39,366 nucleotides of DNA from Candidatus Thorarchaeota archaeon SMTZ1-45 (GTDB taxonomy: Archaea > Asgardarchaeota > Thorarchaeia > Thorarchaeales > Thorarchaeaceae), in the NCBI GenBank assembly GCA_001563335.1, contig LRSL01000009.1:1-39366 (forward strand), read 5' to 3'. Positions 16,573-26,146 of this stretch are shown here, in pieces. The position numbers and the translations under genes are program-made. Each line of letters starts with the position of its first letter. Within the stretch, counting starts at the first letter, position 1. Under the pieces are notes generated by a model that had not been told where the DNA came from, made no database searches, and worked only from the letters and a program-made list of their open reading frames with translations.

Positions 16573-18273
16573 GCTGAGTTTCACCTCATTTTTGAGGACT
16601 CTACCAGGGAACACATTCAACTGTTTGGCATCATCCACTACAATCTCTCCATTAACAATCACAGAGTGTATTCCTACTGGAAACTGGTGGGGGTTGAGAA
16701 AAGTGGCTTTATCTCGGATTCTTTCCGAATCGAACACAACCATATCCGCGCAGAACCCCTCTCGTATCAAACCTCGGTTTCTAAGTCTAAGTGTTTCTGC
16801 TGGAAATCCAGTCATTTTCCAGACTGCCTCTTCCAATGTTAACAATCTGTCTTCTCTCACATACTTACCTAGGACTCTTGGATATGTCCCATAGGATCTA
16901 GGATGCGGGCTGATGTAACTAAAAACCCCAGTGGGAGAAAGCCCCCATCCATCCGTCGCTATCATGGTGTGTTTGTCTTTCATGATACGTCGAATATCCT
17001 CCTCACCCATGCTCTCGATAGTCATGGAAACTTCCCCTACTTCATCAAGCAGAAGTTGATAGAGCAACAAGAAGTTGTCTGAGTAGCCGTATTCCTCTGC
17101 TATTTGTAGTAGGCTCATCCCCTGAATTGTCCTCCATTTGTCAGACTTTACTGATGCTATGTAGATACCATCCCATCCAACTTCCTTGATTATGTTCTCC
17201 CATCCCTCAATTCCACCATCGACGTCTCTCTTGATTTGCATTTGAGATTCAGGAGATTTTAGATGCTCAAGAATACTCTCCATTCCCCCCTCATGAACCC
17301 ACGGAGGCAGTACTGATATTAGCGATGTCATACCGCGGTTATAGGGGTACTGATCACATCTAATACGAGTGCCTCGGCTGTTCGCATCTGCAATAAGCTT
17401 GAGTGTGTGTTTGCTTGTTCCCCAATATGGCCTTCCAGCTATCTTGTGATGTGCAATCTGTCCTCCTCTACAACCTGACTCTTCCACAATGCGAATTAGC
17501 TCCTTAACAGCCTGAACTACGGTTGCTCCCTCTCCTCTGATATGAGAGGAGTATATCCCGTTGTATTCCGCCACTGTTTTAGCTAACTCGATGATTTCAT
17601 TAATCGATGCGAATATTTGCGGTGCATAAAAGAGTCCTGTACTTAGTCCGAAGGCTCCAGCCTCCATAGCCTCCGCGACGCTGGCTTTCATATTAGCAAG
17701 TTCATTCTTCGTAGGTTCTCGGTTCTCAGCTGCTGGACCTGCAGCTATTCTAACAGTCCCAAAACCGACAAGCGGGACCATATTGATTGGTATTCCAGTA
17801 TTCTTCAATGTTTCAAGGTACTCTCTAAAACTACGCCAGGTAATATTCAGTCTATGACCGGGAGGCGAAAAAATGTCAAACTCACTCTGAATAAGGTCGA
17901 GTGTATCATCGTTGACAGGAGCAAGCGACGATCCACAGTTACCAATAACAGATGTAGTGACGCCTTGTCGTATCATTGACTCGAGTCTATTATCAAAAGG
18001 TATGCTCATGTCGGAATGGCTGTGAATGTCAATGAAGCCTGGGCAAACAACTAGTCCCTCTGCATCAATTACAACCTTGGCATCAGTGGTACCATTCGAC
18101 CCGATATGCGAGATATGACCATCACTCACTCCAACATTAGCTTTGAGGGATTTCCGTCCTGAGCCATCCACTATGGTTCCATTGCGAATTAAGAGGTCAA
18201 GCTCACTTGTCATCAACCATCTCTCCAATGAGCAGACTGATTTCACTTTAGTTTCAACATAGGATTGCTGCAA
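16564..18273 (-). CDS. N-acyl-D-amino-acid deacylase (D-aminoacylase; likely start 18213)
   Basis: PGFIDIHSHSD, GNCG, GLSTGL, SHIRGE, DQYPY, HPRSYGTYPR. Confidence 0.92.
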   Translation of the reverse strand: MQQSYVETKVKSVCSLERWLMTSELDLLIRNGTIVDGSGRKSLKANVGVSDGHISHIGSNGTTDAKVVIDAEGLVVCPGFIDIHSHSDMSIPFDNRLESMIRQGVTTSVIGNCGSSLAPVNDDTLDLIQSEFDIFSPPGHRLNITWRSFREYLETLKNTGIPINMVPLVGFGTVRIAAGPAAENREPTKNELANMKASVAEAMEAGAFGLSTGLFYAPQIFASINEIIELAKTVAEYNGIYSSHIRGEGATVVQAVKELIRIVEESGCRGGQIAHHKIAGRPYWGTSKHTLKLIADANSRGTRIRCDQYPYNRGMTSLISVLPPWVHEGGMESILEHLKSPESQMQIKRDVDGGIEGWENIIKEVGWDGIYIASVKSDKWRTIQGMSLLQIAEEYGYSDNFLLLYQLLLDEVGEVSMTIESMGEEDIRRIMKDKHTMIATDGWGLSPTGVFSYISPHPRSYGTYPRVLGKYVREDRLLTLEEAVWKMTGFPAETLRLRNRGLIREGFCADMVVFDSERIRDKATFLNPHQFPVGIHSVIVNGEIVVDDAKQLNVFPGRVLKNEVKLSSA

Positions 18274-18512
18274 CAGTTCTGCTGCTACTTACTTTGATTG
18301 CTTGAATCACTATGAGGTTCTATAAATCGCACCAAAAGCCTGTTTCTGGTCAGAGCTCAACATCTAATGCTCTTAAACATTCTTGATGGGTCGTTCCATG
18401 AGTTGACAAGTGATTATTTGCATCCACCGTCGAAGATAATCCTCTAAGCAGACTTATAGCACGAATCTGATATGTTTCTTAAGAATTATCAATAATAGGA
18501 GGAACGAATCAA

Positions 18513-19301
18513 TTGGTATTCAACCCCCTTGGTCCAGGTCTTGACTGGGCTTGGGATTTTGTGGCAATGATAATCTCAATCATTGCTGTGATGCTCGTGG
18601 TGCTGATTAATGGTGCTATTCAGAAGAGTGGAAAACTCTCATCTGATGTGACAAGAAAGATTGTGCATATTTTTGCAGCCCCAGTCTTTCTGTTGACATG
18701 GTATCTCTATTCTGGAGGGATTTTCAGTCGCTACATAGCAATGATAGTCCCTATTCTTTTTGTACTCCTCTTTGTAGGGATTGGGAGTGGGAAGGTGAAG
18801 AATGAAGCATTTGTTGCGTCTATGTCACGCTCTGGTGACCCTGGAGAGCTATTGAAAGGAACCCTCTACTATGCCATAATGATAGTCCTAGTTACTCTAC
18901 TCTGGTTCTATATTCCTGCAAATCCGATGGCTTTTGTCATACTTGGTTGCTTAGCTGGCGGCGACGGTCTAGCGGATGTAATAGGAAGAAAGTACGGAGG
19001 CGAACGCAAGTTTGGAATAGCTGGTGCTGAGAAGACTGTTGCAGGCTCTATTGGGATGTTCATTGGATCGTTCTTGTTCAGTTATATCCTAATTGCAATC
19101 TTCTCTCTGGAGTTGGTAGCCTTCGACTTAGTCGCGCTATTCCTTCCAATTCTGGTCATCAGTCTTGTTGCCACAATCGTGGAAGCAATCTCACCTCCCA
19201 ACTTAGATAACTGGATTGTCCCGATTGTAGTAATTGTGATGGTGGTTCTCTTCATCTATCTGGTTCCTGCTTGGTGGCCATTTTCATTCCTGACCATTTA
19301 G
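18513..19301 (+). CDS. Phytol/dolichol/diacylglycerol kinase family (VTE5/SEC59/DGK1) membrane kinase
   Basis: RKIVH, ELLKGTLYY, GDGLADVIGRKYG, KTVAGS, DNW motifs; GGAGG SD. Confidence 0.85.
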   Translation: MVFNPLGPGLDWAWDFVAMIISIIAVMLVVLINGAIQKSGKLSSDVTRKIVHIFAAPVFLLTWYLYSGGIFSRYIAMIVPILFVLLFVGIGSGKVKNEAFVASMSRSGDPGELLKGTLYYAIMIVLVTLLWFYIPANPMAFVILGCLAGGDGLADVIGRKYGGERKFGIAGAEKTVAGSIGMFIGSFLFSYILIAIFSLELVAFDLVALFLPILVISLVATIVEAISPPNLDNWIVPIVVIVMVVLFIYLVPAWWPFSFLTI

Positions 19302-19321
19302 CATCAGATAGGTGATAGCAA

Positions 19322-20137
19322 ATGGGAAAAGACCTCACAGTTATCAAACTGGGTGGTTCACTATTAACTGACAAGTCGAAGCCATATGAAGCAAGAAGTT
19401 CTGTGATGAAGTCCACCGCACGTGAAATCAAGTCTTGCATGGATGAAGGACTCATAGAGTCCCTTGTGATTGTTCATGGGGTTGGGTCTTTTGGACATCC
19501 TCCAGTTCTTGAGCATAAACTCCACAAAGGCTATACAGGACCTGAGCAGTTCATTCCTCTTTCCAAGACACAACGGGTGGTCAATGAGTTTAGACATATG
19601 ATAACTAAGGAGTTCCAAGAAGCTGGTCTCCCTGTGAACCTTCTCCATCCATCGTCAATGATTGTTGCTGAGAAGATGAGGATTGTCAAGACTTTCTTTG
19701 AACCCCTTGAGGGTTGGATCAATCTAGGAATGATACCTCTCCTTGGAGGTGACCTTCTTTATGACGCCACTATGGGATTTAGTGTTGGTAGTGGTGATTT
19801 AATGGCTATTGAACTTGCACGTAAACTTGGTGCTAAACGGCTAATCTACGCCATGGATGTTGCTGGTTACTATGATGATAATCCACAAACTAATTCTGAT
19901 GCAAAGTTAATGGACCGAATAACACTCTCCGAACTCAACAATATTCTGAGGGCTATGGAGCAAAAAGGAGCTGCAGATGCTAGTGGTGCAATGAAAGGGA
20001 AACTATACTCCATCAGCACAGCAAGCGATCTTATAGCAGGTGGACTAGATGTTGCGTTAGTATCCATGATGAACGAAGGCAATCTGACAGCACTTCTACG
20101 AGGACAAGCTGTTCCTTGTACCCGAATAGTCCCTTAG
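19322..20137 (+). CDS. Isopentenyl phosphate kinase (amino acid kinase family)
   Basis: KLGGSLLTDK, VHGVGSFGH, SGD, DASGAMKGK. Confidence 0.85.
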   Translation: MGKDLTVIKLGGSLLTDKSKPYEARSSVMKSTAREIKSCMDEGLIESLVIVHGVGSFGHPPVLEHKLHKGYTGPEQFIPLSKTQRVVNEFRHMITKEFQEAGLPVNLLHPSSMIVAEKMRIVKTFFEPLEGWINLGMIPLLGGDLLYDATMGFSVGSGDLMAIELARKLGAKRLIYAMDVAGYYDDNPQTNSDAKLMDRITLSELNNILRAMEQKGAADASGAMKGKLYSISTASDLIAGGLDVALVSMMNEGNLTALLRGQAVPCTRIVP

Positions 20138-20144
20138 TGATGAT

Positions 20145-20172
20145 GGTGTTACACTCTTAGGTGTCTAACACC
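20145..20172. terminator. Imperfect hairpin between convergent genes
   Basis: GGTGTTA...TAACACC inverted repeat in the 41-bp gap. Confidence 0.4.
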
Positions 20173-20178
20173 TCGTCT

Positions 20179-21393
20179 TTATTTTTCTTTAATCAACTTT
20201 AGATAGGTTCGAATCAACTCATCATAGTGTATTTTAATGTCGAATTTTGCTTCAACTGTCTTTCTTCCATTTCTGCCAATTTTCTCTCGAAGCCTCTTGT
20301 CTTGTAACAAAGTAACAATTGCTCTAACAAGTTCTCTTACATTATCTGGAGGCACGGTCAAGCCATCAACATTGTTCGTGATAATCTCACTTGGTCCGAA
20401 CACATTGGTCGTGACAACAGGAACTCCACATGCCATTGCTTCCAAAATTGAAAGTCCAAATGGTTCCTCTCTTGAGGGATAGATGAACACTCGACTCTGA
20501 TTGATGAGATTAGGTACCTGTTCTGTGTTCACTACACCTAGATAGTCAACCATATCGGACACATCTTTTCTTTCAAAATCATCTAGTAGCTGGTTCCTGA
20601 GGGACCCTTCCCCTGTCATCAAAAACCGTAATGATGGGAAGTCTGATTTCAGAAGTGAGAGCATCTCAGGAAACAGGTCAACTGCTTTCATCGACTCCAG
20701 TCTGCCAAGAAAGGCGATATCCCACTGTTTTGAGGCGTCAGGTTGCGGGTAGAAGACAGATAGGTCTATGCCAAGGTACAATGTGCGAACAGGAATACTC
20801 CTCTTTCTTTCAGTCAAATAATGCTCCAATACTTCTTCAACATTCTTGCTTACTGCGAGAATAAGATTAAAGGGACATGCATCGACAAACGCATCATAGT
20901 CTGTCGTCTGTTTACCACCCGGTAAAATCAGTGGTTTTGGTCTTCCATGTATTGTGGCTATCATTGGGAGGTCTTTGAACTCATTTTGTTCTCGAATTCT
21001 CTCAAGAACGCGATTAAATACTACATAGGGACTATGTGCGTGTATCAGATCCGGGTTTACAGTACGAATTAGCTGAGATAATTTTTGATTTAAGGCATCA
21101 ACATTCAGAGTCAAATCATCTGGATTAAACATCTCATCAACTACTCTCTCGCGTTCCTCCTCTGATAAAGAGAAGAATTCCCATTTTCTAGCCTCAAGGA
21201 GATTTCCTTTGAGATAGTAGACTCGATAATGCTCATTGTCGATAAATTCTGACGAATCTCGTTTTGCAGCCTGAGTGACTACTATTGACTCATGTCCTCT
21301 CTCTGCCAACTGTTGGGACAGATAATGTAGATATGACTCATAACCCCCAAGACCGGCAGGATTAAGGCTATCACAGAGATGGAGAATCTTCAT
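20179..21393 (-). CDS. Glycosyltransferase family 4
   Basis: GGYE, PDLIHAH, FLGRL, EPFGLSILEAMACGVPVV. Confidence 0.92.
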   Translation of the reverse strand: MKILHLCDSLNPAGLGGYESYLHYLSQQLAERGHESIVVTQAAKRDSSEFIDNEHYRVYYLKGNLLEARKWEFFSLSEEERERVVDEMFNPDDLTLNVDALNQKLSQLIRTVNPDLIHAHSPYVVFNRVLERIREQNEFKDLPMIATIHGRPKPLILPGGKQTTDYDAFVDACPFNLILAVSKNVEEVLEHYLTERKRSIPVRTLYLGIDLSVFYPQPDASKQWDIAFLGRLESMKAVDLFPEMLSLLKSDFPSLRFLMTGEGSLRNQLLDDFERKDVSDMVDYLGVVNTEQVPNLINQSRVFIYPSREEPFGLSILEAMACGVPVVTTNVFGPSEIITNNVDGLTVPPDNVRELVRAIVTLLQDKRLREKIGRNGRKTVEAKFDIKIHYDELIRTYLKLIKEK

Positions 21394-22554
21394 CAGTACT
21401 ACTCCGAACTAATCACACAATCTTTGTGTGGACCATCTAATCTATCTAGCTGTTACCACACCCGAAAGATTGTGTCTGGTGTTGATCAATTGAACGACCT
21501 TGCACGTATCGATTTGCCGGCTCTTGTAAGGGACCGTGATATCTATCATGATTTAGAAGGTCGTGTCTTTGTAGTACTCGGATACATTCAACCATCTAAC
21601 CGAATACTCTCTTTTCTCAAGTACATTCCCGATCCATCAGGTGAATGGCAATCCGGTGAAATCAAATACAAGCGAATATTCTGGGGCAGCGTAGGCTCCA
21701 CTGTTGAAGGGATGAAAATTATCTCTCCTGACTATATAGTCGAAGACTCTCATTTTGGTACTGATCTATTGGAGCCTCCAAGAGAGGTTGTTGCAAAATA
21801 CTTCAGCCCAGAGATCAGACTGAAAGAGATCATGGATGTTGGTCCTGCTGACCCCCTTGAGGAACTTGCACAACGTGGAGCAAACACACTTCATGACACA
21901 CTAGGTATTTCATGCGATCAAATCGGAGTCGCAGGAAGTGTTCTCTGGAAAGGACATAATCTAGAACGGTCTGATATTAACATGAACATCTATGGGTTTG
22001 ATGTTTCTTGGACTTTGCACAACAATTACAATTTACTCATAGAAGGGAGAGAATATGCACGTCTACGTGACATTGCGGACTGGAAACATGCTATGAATAG
22101 AGTTCATGAAAGGGTTCCAATCATGAAGTCTAAAGACTTGCAGAATCTATTCTCTCGAAGACAGGCGCTCTGTCTGGATGATGTCTGCATTGGGATTACA
22201 CCTATTCTCCTGCCACATGAAACTCCAATCACACATGGTAGCGAATCATATGCAACATTAACTACAAAGCCTATGACAGTCACAATGGAGATTGAAGACT
22301 CCGAATATGGCATCTTCCATCCAGCAATCTATGAAGGACAATCATCACCGCTTGATGTTCTTGATGGAGATTCTGTGAGTCGAATCATGGTGTATGATGG
22401 TGCTTTCGGAGGGCTTCTCAGAACTGGTGACCGTGTAGAAGTCACTGGAACCCTCCAAAGAGTTGTTCCGAGAAGTGAGGCTTCACCTTTCTATCAGATA
22501 ATGGTGGGCACAAAATCAGGAGCTGGCAAGGAGTATATCCGACTACTTGTCTGA
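21379..22554 (+). CDS. Predicted archaeal nucleotidyltransferase-domain protein (true start probably ~21490)
   Basis: RDRD, FLKYIP, IGVAGS...SDINM, C-terminal OB-like GDRVEVTGTL. Confidence 0.7.
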   Translation: MENLHQYYSELITQSLCGPSNLSSCYHTRKIVSGVDQLNDLARIDLPALVRDRDIYHDLEGRVFVVLGYIQPSNRILSFLKYIPDPSGEWQSGEIKYKRIFWGSVGSTVEGMKIISPDYIVEDSHFGTDLLEPPREVVAKYFSPEIRLKEIMDVGPADPLEELAQRGANTLHDTLGISCDQIGVAGSVLWKGHNLERSDINMNIYGFDVSWTLHNNYNLLIEGREYARLRDIADWKHAMNRVHERVPIMKSKDLQNLFSRRQALCLDDVCIGITPILLPHETPITHGSESYATLTTKPMTVTMEIEDSEYGIFHPAIYEGQSSPLDVLDGDSVSRIMVYDGAFGGLLRTGDRVEVTGTLQRVVPRSEASPFYQIMVGTKSGAGKEYIRLLV

Positions 22555-22597
22555 AGAAGTATCACAAGTGTCTTAGGTCTGAAGGTCTCTTCTCAAA

Positions 22598-23653
22598 ATG
22601 ATGACATCAAAAAAACTATTCCTGAAGGTTGCAGCCACTGATGGAGAGCGAACTAGAAAGGCACTTCTAGAACATAATTTGCTTGACACAAACCACAAGA
22701 TATTGTCACAAGACAGCTCACTCTTCATACCTCTCATTCATGAGGTCAAGAAGGAATCTATTGACTCAATGCTTGGTCCTATCAACTATGAAACTGGAGA
22801 AATGGAATTTGCCCCCATATCTGAAGGTCCTAAGAACCTAATAGAAGCCCTTGCAGATCATCTCAGTCCTACTGAACTTGACCTTGTTCCTCGAGCATAT
22901 GATCTGATTGGGGATATCGCTATTCTGGAGATACCCGAAGAACTATCGAGGCACAGTGAAACAATTGGTCGAGCATTCCACAGTCTCCATAAGAATTTCT
23001 CTACAGTTCTAGCCAAAAAAGGTGCAATCTCAGGGACTACAAGAGTCAGAGAGTATCAGCATCTTGCAGGTGATAAGAAGACAGACACCATTCACATTGA
23101 ATATGGCTGTCGAATTGCAGTTAATCTGTCAAAAGCCTACTTCAGTCCGAGATTACTTGAAGAACACAACAGAATAGCTCAGCTCACAAAGGACAATGAG
23201 TTTGTAGTGGATATGTTCTGTGGTGTTGGTCCATTTCCAATCCACATAGCAAAACAGAGGAAAGCTCATGTTGTAGCCATAGACATCAATCCTGCTGCAA
23301 TAGCTCTTCTCAAAAAGAGTATAGGATTGAATAGACTGGTTGGAACGATTGAGCCAATTGTTGGAGATGTCAAAAGCTTCACCAAGAGGGACATCGCTGA
23401 TCGAGTCATAATGAACCATCCATCAGGAGCGTTTGACTTTGTTTCTGATGCCTGTCGTATCTTGAAACCACAGGGAGTACTACACTACTATGATTTCCAT
23501 GGTGGGAATAATCCAGAGAATGCAATTGCCGACAAGCTCACTCAGCTGGTCAAAGATGCTGGTCATTCTGTTGTCAACGTGAACTTTGTGAGGAGAGTTC
23601 GGGATAGCGCACCATACGAGTATCAAATGGTGGTTGATGCGATTATTGCGTAA
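22598..23653 (+). CDS. trm5: Trm5/Tyw2-family tRNA methyltransferase (m1G37 type)
   Basis: YDLIGDIAI, YFSPRL..EH, VDMFCGVGPF, DRVIMNHP. Confidence 0.85.
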   Translation: MMTSKKLFLKVAATDGERTRKALLEHNLLDTNHKILSQDSSLFIPLIHEVKKESIDSMLGPINYETGEMEFAPISEGPKNLIEALADHLSPTELDLVPRAYDLIGDIAILEIPEELSRHSETIGRAFHSLHKNFSTVLAKKGAISGTTRVREYQHLAGDKKTDTIHIEYGCRIAVNLSKAYFSPRLLEEHNRIAQLTKDNEFVVDMFCGVGPFPIHIAKQRKAHVVAIDINPAAIALLKKSIGLNRLVGTIEPIVGDVKSFTKRDIADRVIMNHPSGAFDFVSDACRILKPQGVLHYYDFHGGNNPENAIADKLTQLVKDAGHSVVNVNFVRRVRDSAPYEYQMVVDAIIA

Positions 23654-24068
23654 TATAGACTAATTCACACTCAATGACAACACCACTCACCTTCAATCTT
23701 TTAACAAAATCACGACTAAGATCTGAAGCAGCTTTGTTTGCGTTGACCATTAGTGTTCGTCCACACTCGAAGGCACTTGTCCTAGAAACCATGCTCGTTG
23801 AGTCACCATAGGTCAGTCCAGGGCTTCCAGTTCCAATAATCTCCTCGTTCTGTCCATCAACATCCATTCTGAGGATTATCTTTGTATTCGATAATGAAGC
23901 AAGTCTCTTTATTTCAGGACTTAATTCATTTAGAGTAATTTCTGAACGAACACCAACTATACATGTTCCCTGTTTTGTAAGCTGTTTCTCTGATGTAAGT
24001 TCAACCGTTGTCTTATGCTCACCTATTATGTTCTCATGTCCGTACGCCTTGAAACGCACTCTCTGCAT
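23643..24068 (-). CDS. DUF371 domain protein
   Basis: AYGHENI...HKTTVE..., GTCIVGV, ANKAASDL; start adjusted to ATG 24068. Confidence 0.85.
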   Translation of the reverse strand: MQRVRFKAYGHENIIGEHKTTVELTSEKQLTKQGTCIVGVRSEITLNELSPEIKRLASLSNTKIILRMDVDGQNEEIIGTGSPGLTYGDSTSMVSRTSAFECGRTLMVNANKAASDLSRDFVKRLKVSGVVIECELVYITQ

Positions 24069-24127
24069 GATTGTTATACTGCGCCCAAGCCTTTTATGAA
24101 TGCATGCCATCTCTATCAGTGATTCAC

Positions 24128-24805
24128 ATGCCTGAAGACCGTTTCAAGAAAACAATCGATGATTTAGTTCGACGTTTGCGAGGCTATGGCTACATCAAGA
24201 CCGATGAGATGGAACGTGCCTTTAGGACTGTGCCAAGAGAAGAGTTTGTACGCTCTGACACTCGAAACCATGCGTATCGCGACTCCCCACTCCCAATAGG
24301 CCTAGGTCAGACAATCTCTGCTCCGCATATGTGTGTGATAATGTGCGAAGCCCTTAGACTGAAGCCTGGCCTTAAGATCTTGGAGGTAGGTGCTGGTTCT
24401 GGATATCATGCTGCTCTATGTGCAGAGATGGTCGCCCCCAAATCTACTGATACCCCTGGTCATGTCTATACCACAGAGATTGTTGGTGGATTGATTGATT
24501 TTGCGAGGGGAAACCTTGAACGTAGTGGATATGATGATCGAGTCACCCTCATTCATGCTGATGGTGGAATAGGATTACCTGAACATGCCCCATTTGATAG
24601 AATACTTGTTGCAGCAGCAGCACCATCCATTCCAGAACCACTGGTCGATCAACTCAGTCCTGGCGGCATTATGTTGATTCCAGTTGGTGGGAGGGGATTC
24701 TTCCAAGAACTCATGATGGTAGAGAAAAATGAGGCTGGAGAGGTTTCTCAGAAACGCTGGGGTGGTGTGGCATTTGTGCCTCTCACTGGTAAGTATGGTC
24801 ATTAG
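24128..24805 (+). CDS. pcm: Protein-L-isoaspartate O-methyltransferase, paralog 2
   Basis: GQTISAPHM, LEVGAGSGYHAA, APFDRI, FVPL; start adjusted to ATG 24128. Confidence 0.92.
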   Translation: MPEDRFKKTIDDLVRRLRGYGYIKTDEMERAFRTVPREEFVRSDTRNHAYRDSPLPIGLGQTISAPHMCVIMCEALRLKPGLKILEVGAGSGYHAALCAEMVAPKSTDTPGHVYTTEIVGGLIDFARGNLERSGYDDRVTLIHADGGIGLPEHAPFDRILVAAAAPSIPEPLVDQLSPGGIMLIPVGGRGFFQELMMVEKNEAGEVSQKRWGGVAFVPLTGKYGH

Positions 24806-24806
24806 G

Positions 24807-25490
24807 TCAAGTTATCATGTGTAAAGGGATAACTGTCAGAATGACCTTATCATCATCAGCAAGACCAAGAGCATCCCTAATGTTAATTGGTGCCACGATC
24901 TCTAGGATCTCCTCGCTGTGATGTGTACGCTGTGCAATAACTACAGCAGCTTCTATTTTCCGGTTTACCTTTACGCGGTAGCATATCACATCACCAAATG
25001 TGCGACCCTTATGTGTGAAACCACTGACCACTAACGGTGGAGTGTTCTTCATTCTGCCAATTGCCTTGCGTGAGTCATCATCTGTTATCTTCACATTTAG
25101 CGTTCCAAGATGAGGCTTGAACCCCAGAGCAGCCTTTAGTTTTGAAGAATAGACATCAACATAATACGCCCCCTCACCCAAGCCTGTGACAACCGAGCCC
25201 TCTATAACAATCTCATCTTCGGGGGGTGCGAATGCAATCTCCAAGTTTGATAGGACATACAACAGTTCATCGCGTCCCTTGTTTGTAATCTGAAGGAGCA
25301 TACCCTCTGCTGTGTGCATCCTGCTTAAGTAACCCTGTTCAACACATTGCGTAATCCTTCTTGATGCAGTCTGTTGGCTAACATTCAGAATTTCTCCCAG
25401 CTCTCGTGTAGTGATTGTTGTCTTACTATGGATTGCCCCCTTGTTAGCAAGAGAATACAATGTGAACCATATTTCCGGGATAATCATCAT
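24807..25490 (-). CDS. ribK: CTP-dependent riboflavin kinase with N-terminal winged HTH (RbkR-type)
   Basis: SQQTASR HTH; GLGEGAYY, GTLNV, RTHH..ILEI. Confidence 0.9.
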   Translation of the reverse strand: MMIIPEIWFTLYSLANKGAIHSKTTITTRELGEILNVSQQTASRRITQCVEQGYLSRMHTAEGMLLQITNKGRDELLYVLSNLEIAFAPPEDEIVIEGSVVTGLGEGAYYVDVYSSKLKAALGFKPHLGTLNVKITDDDSRKAIGRMKNTPPLVVSGFTHKGRTFGDVICYRVKVNRKIEAAVVIAQRTHHSEEILEIVAPINIRDALGLADDDKVILTVIPLHMIT

Positions 25491-25492
25491 AA

Positions 25493-26146
25493 TCAGTCCT
25501 TCAAGCGCGCTTCAACATCATCCAGTTTTTTCATCAGCTTACTCTGCCCAAAGGCTCTTGTGAGGTCTCCACGAGTTCGCTCAACCAGAGACCGTCCAAC
25601 ATCACATTTTCTTCTTAAATCGGGAACTAACGCATTGGGATAATCGAACGAATGCAGCTCCTCGAGAATTTCCTCCATGAAGCCTAAGAGGGTTTCAGCC
25701 TTCTCCAAATTATCATTACGCAAAAGATCCAGTGTAGCTCTTCTCAGCTCGCCCACTGTATCTGCAAGACCATTTAGGTATGCTCTTGATGGGATGCCAT
25801 ATTCATCAGGAGGTGTGAATTTGTTAGATTCCAAGAGTGAGAGTAGGTTCACAGCCTCAGTCAGTTCCTGATAGGCAATATCAAGACCTCTTGACTTTAA
25901 CATGAAGTCACTAACAGAAATTTCTTGTGAGGCCTCAATAATCAACTGTTTGGCCTCACTGACCAAGATTTTAGCTTCGCTAAATTCTCCTCTGTGTGTC
26001 ATTTTGATTGCCTCACTACACTTACGAACAGCCTTTCTTCCAAGTGGCAGTGTTCTCTCTCGAACTGAATCATCTTCATCAATCTCGTTTCGAAGTGGTG
26101 TGAGGATATCTGCTAGTTTCATCTTATTCCTCCTCGCTTCAGTCAT
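25493..26146 (-). CDS. Translin/TRAX family protein (archaeal C3PO-like)
   Basis: QELTEA, YLNGLADTVGELRR, LRRKCD motifs. Confidence 0.88.
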   Translation of the reverse strand: MTEARRNKMKLADILTPLRNEIDEDDSVRERTLPLGRKAVRKCSEAIKMTHRGEFSEAKILVSEAKQLIIEASQEISVSDFMLKSRGLDIAYQELTEAVNLLSLLESNKFTPPDEYGIPSRAYLNGLADTVGELRRATLDLLRNDNLEKAETLLGFMEEILEELHSFDYPNALVPDLRRKCDVGRSLVERTRGDLTRAFGQSKLMKKLDDVEARLKD

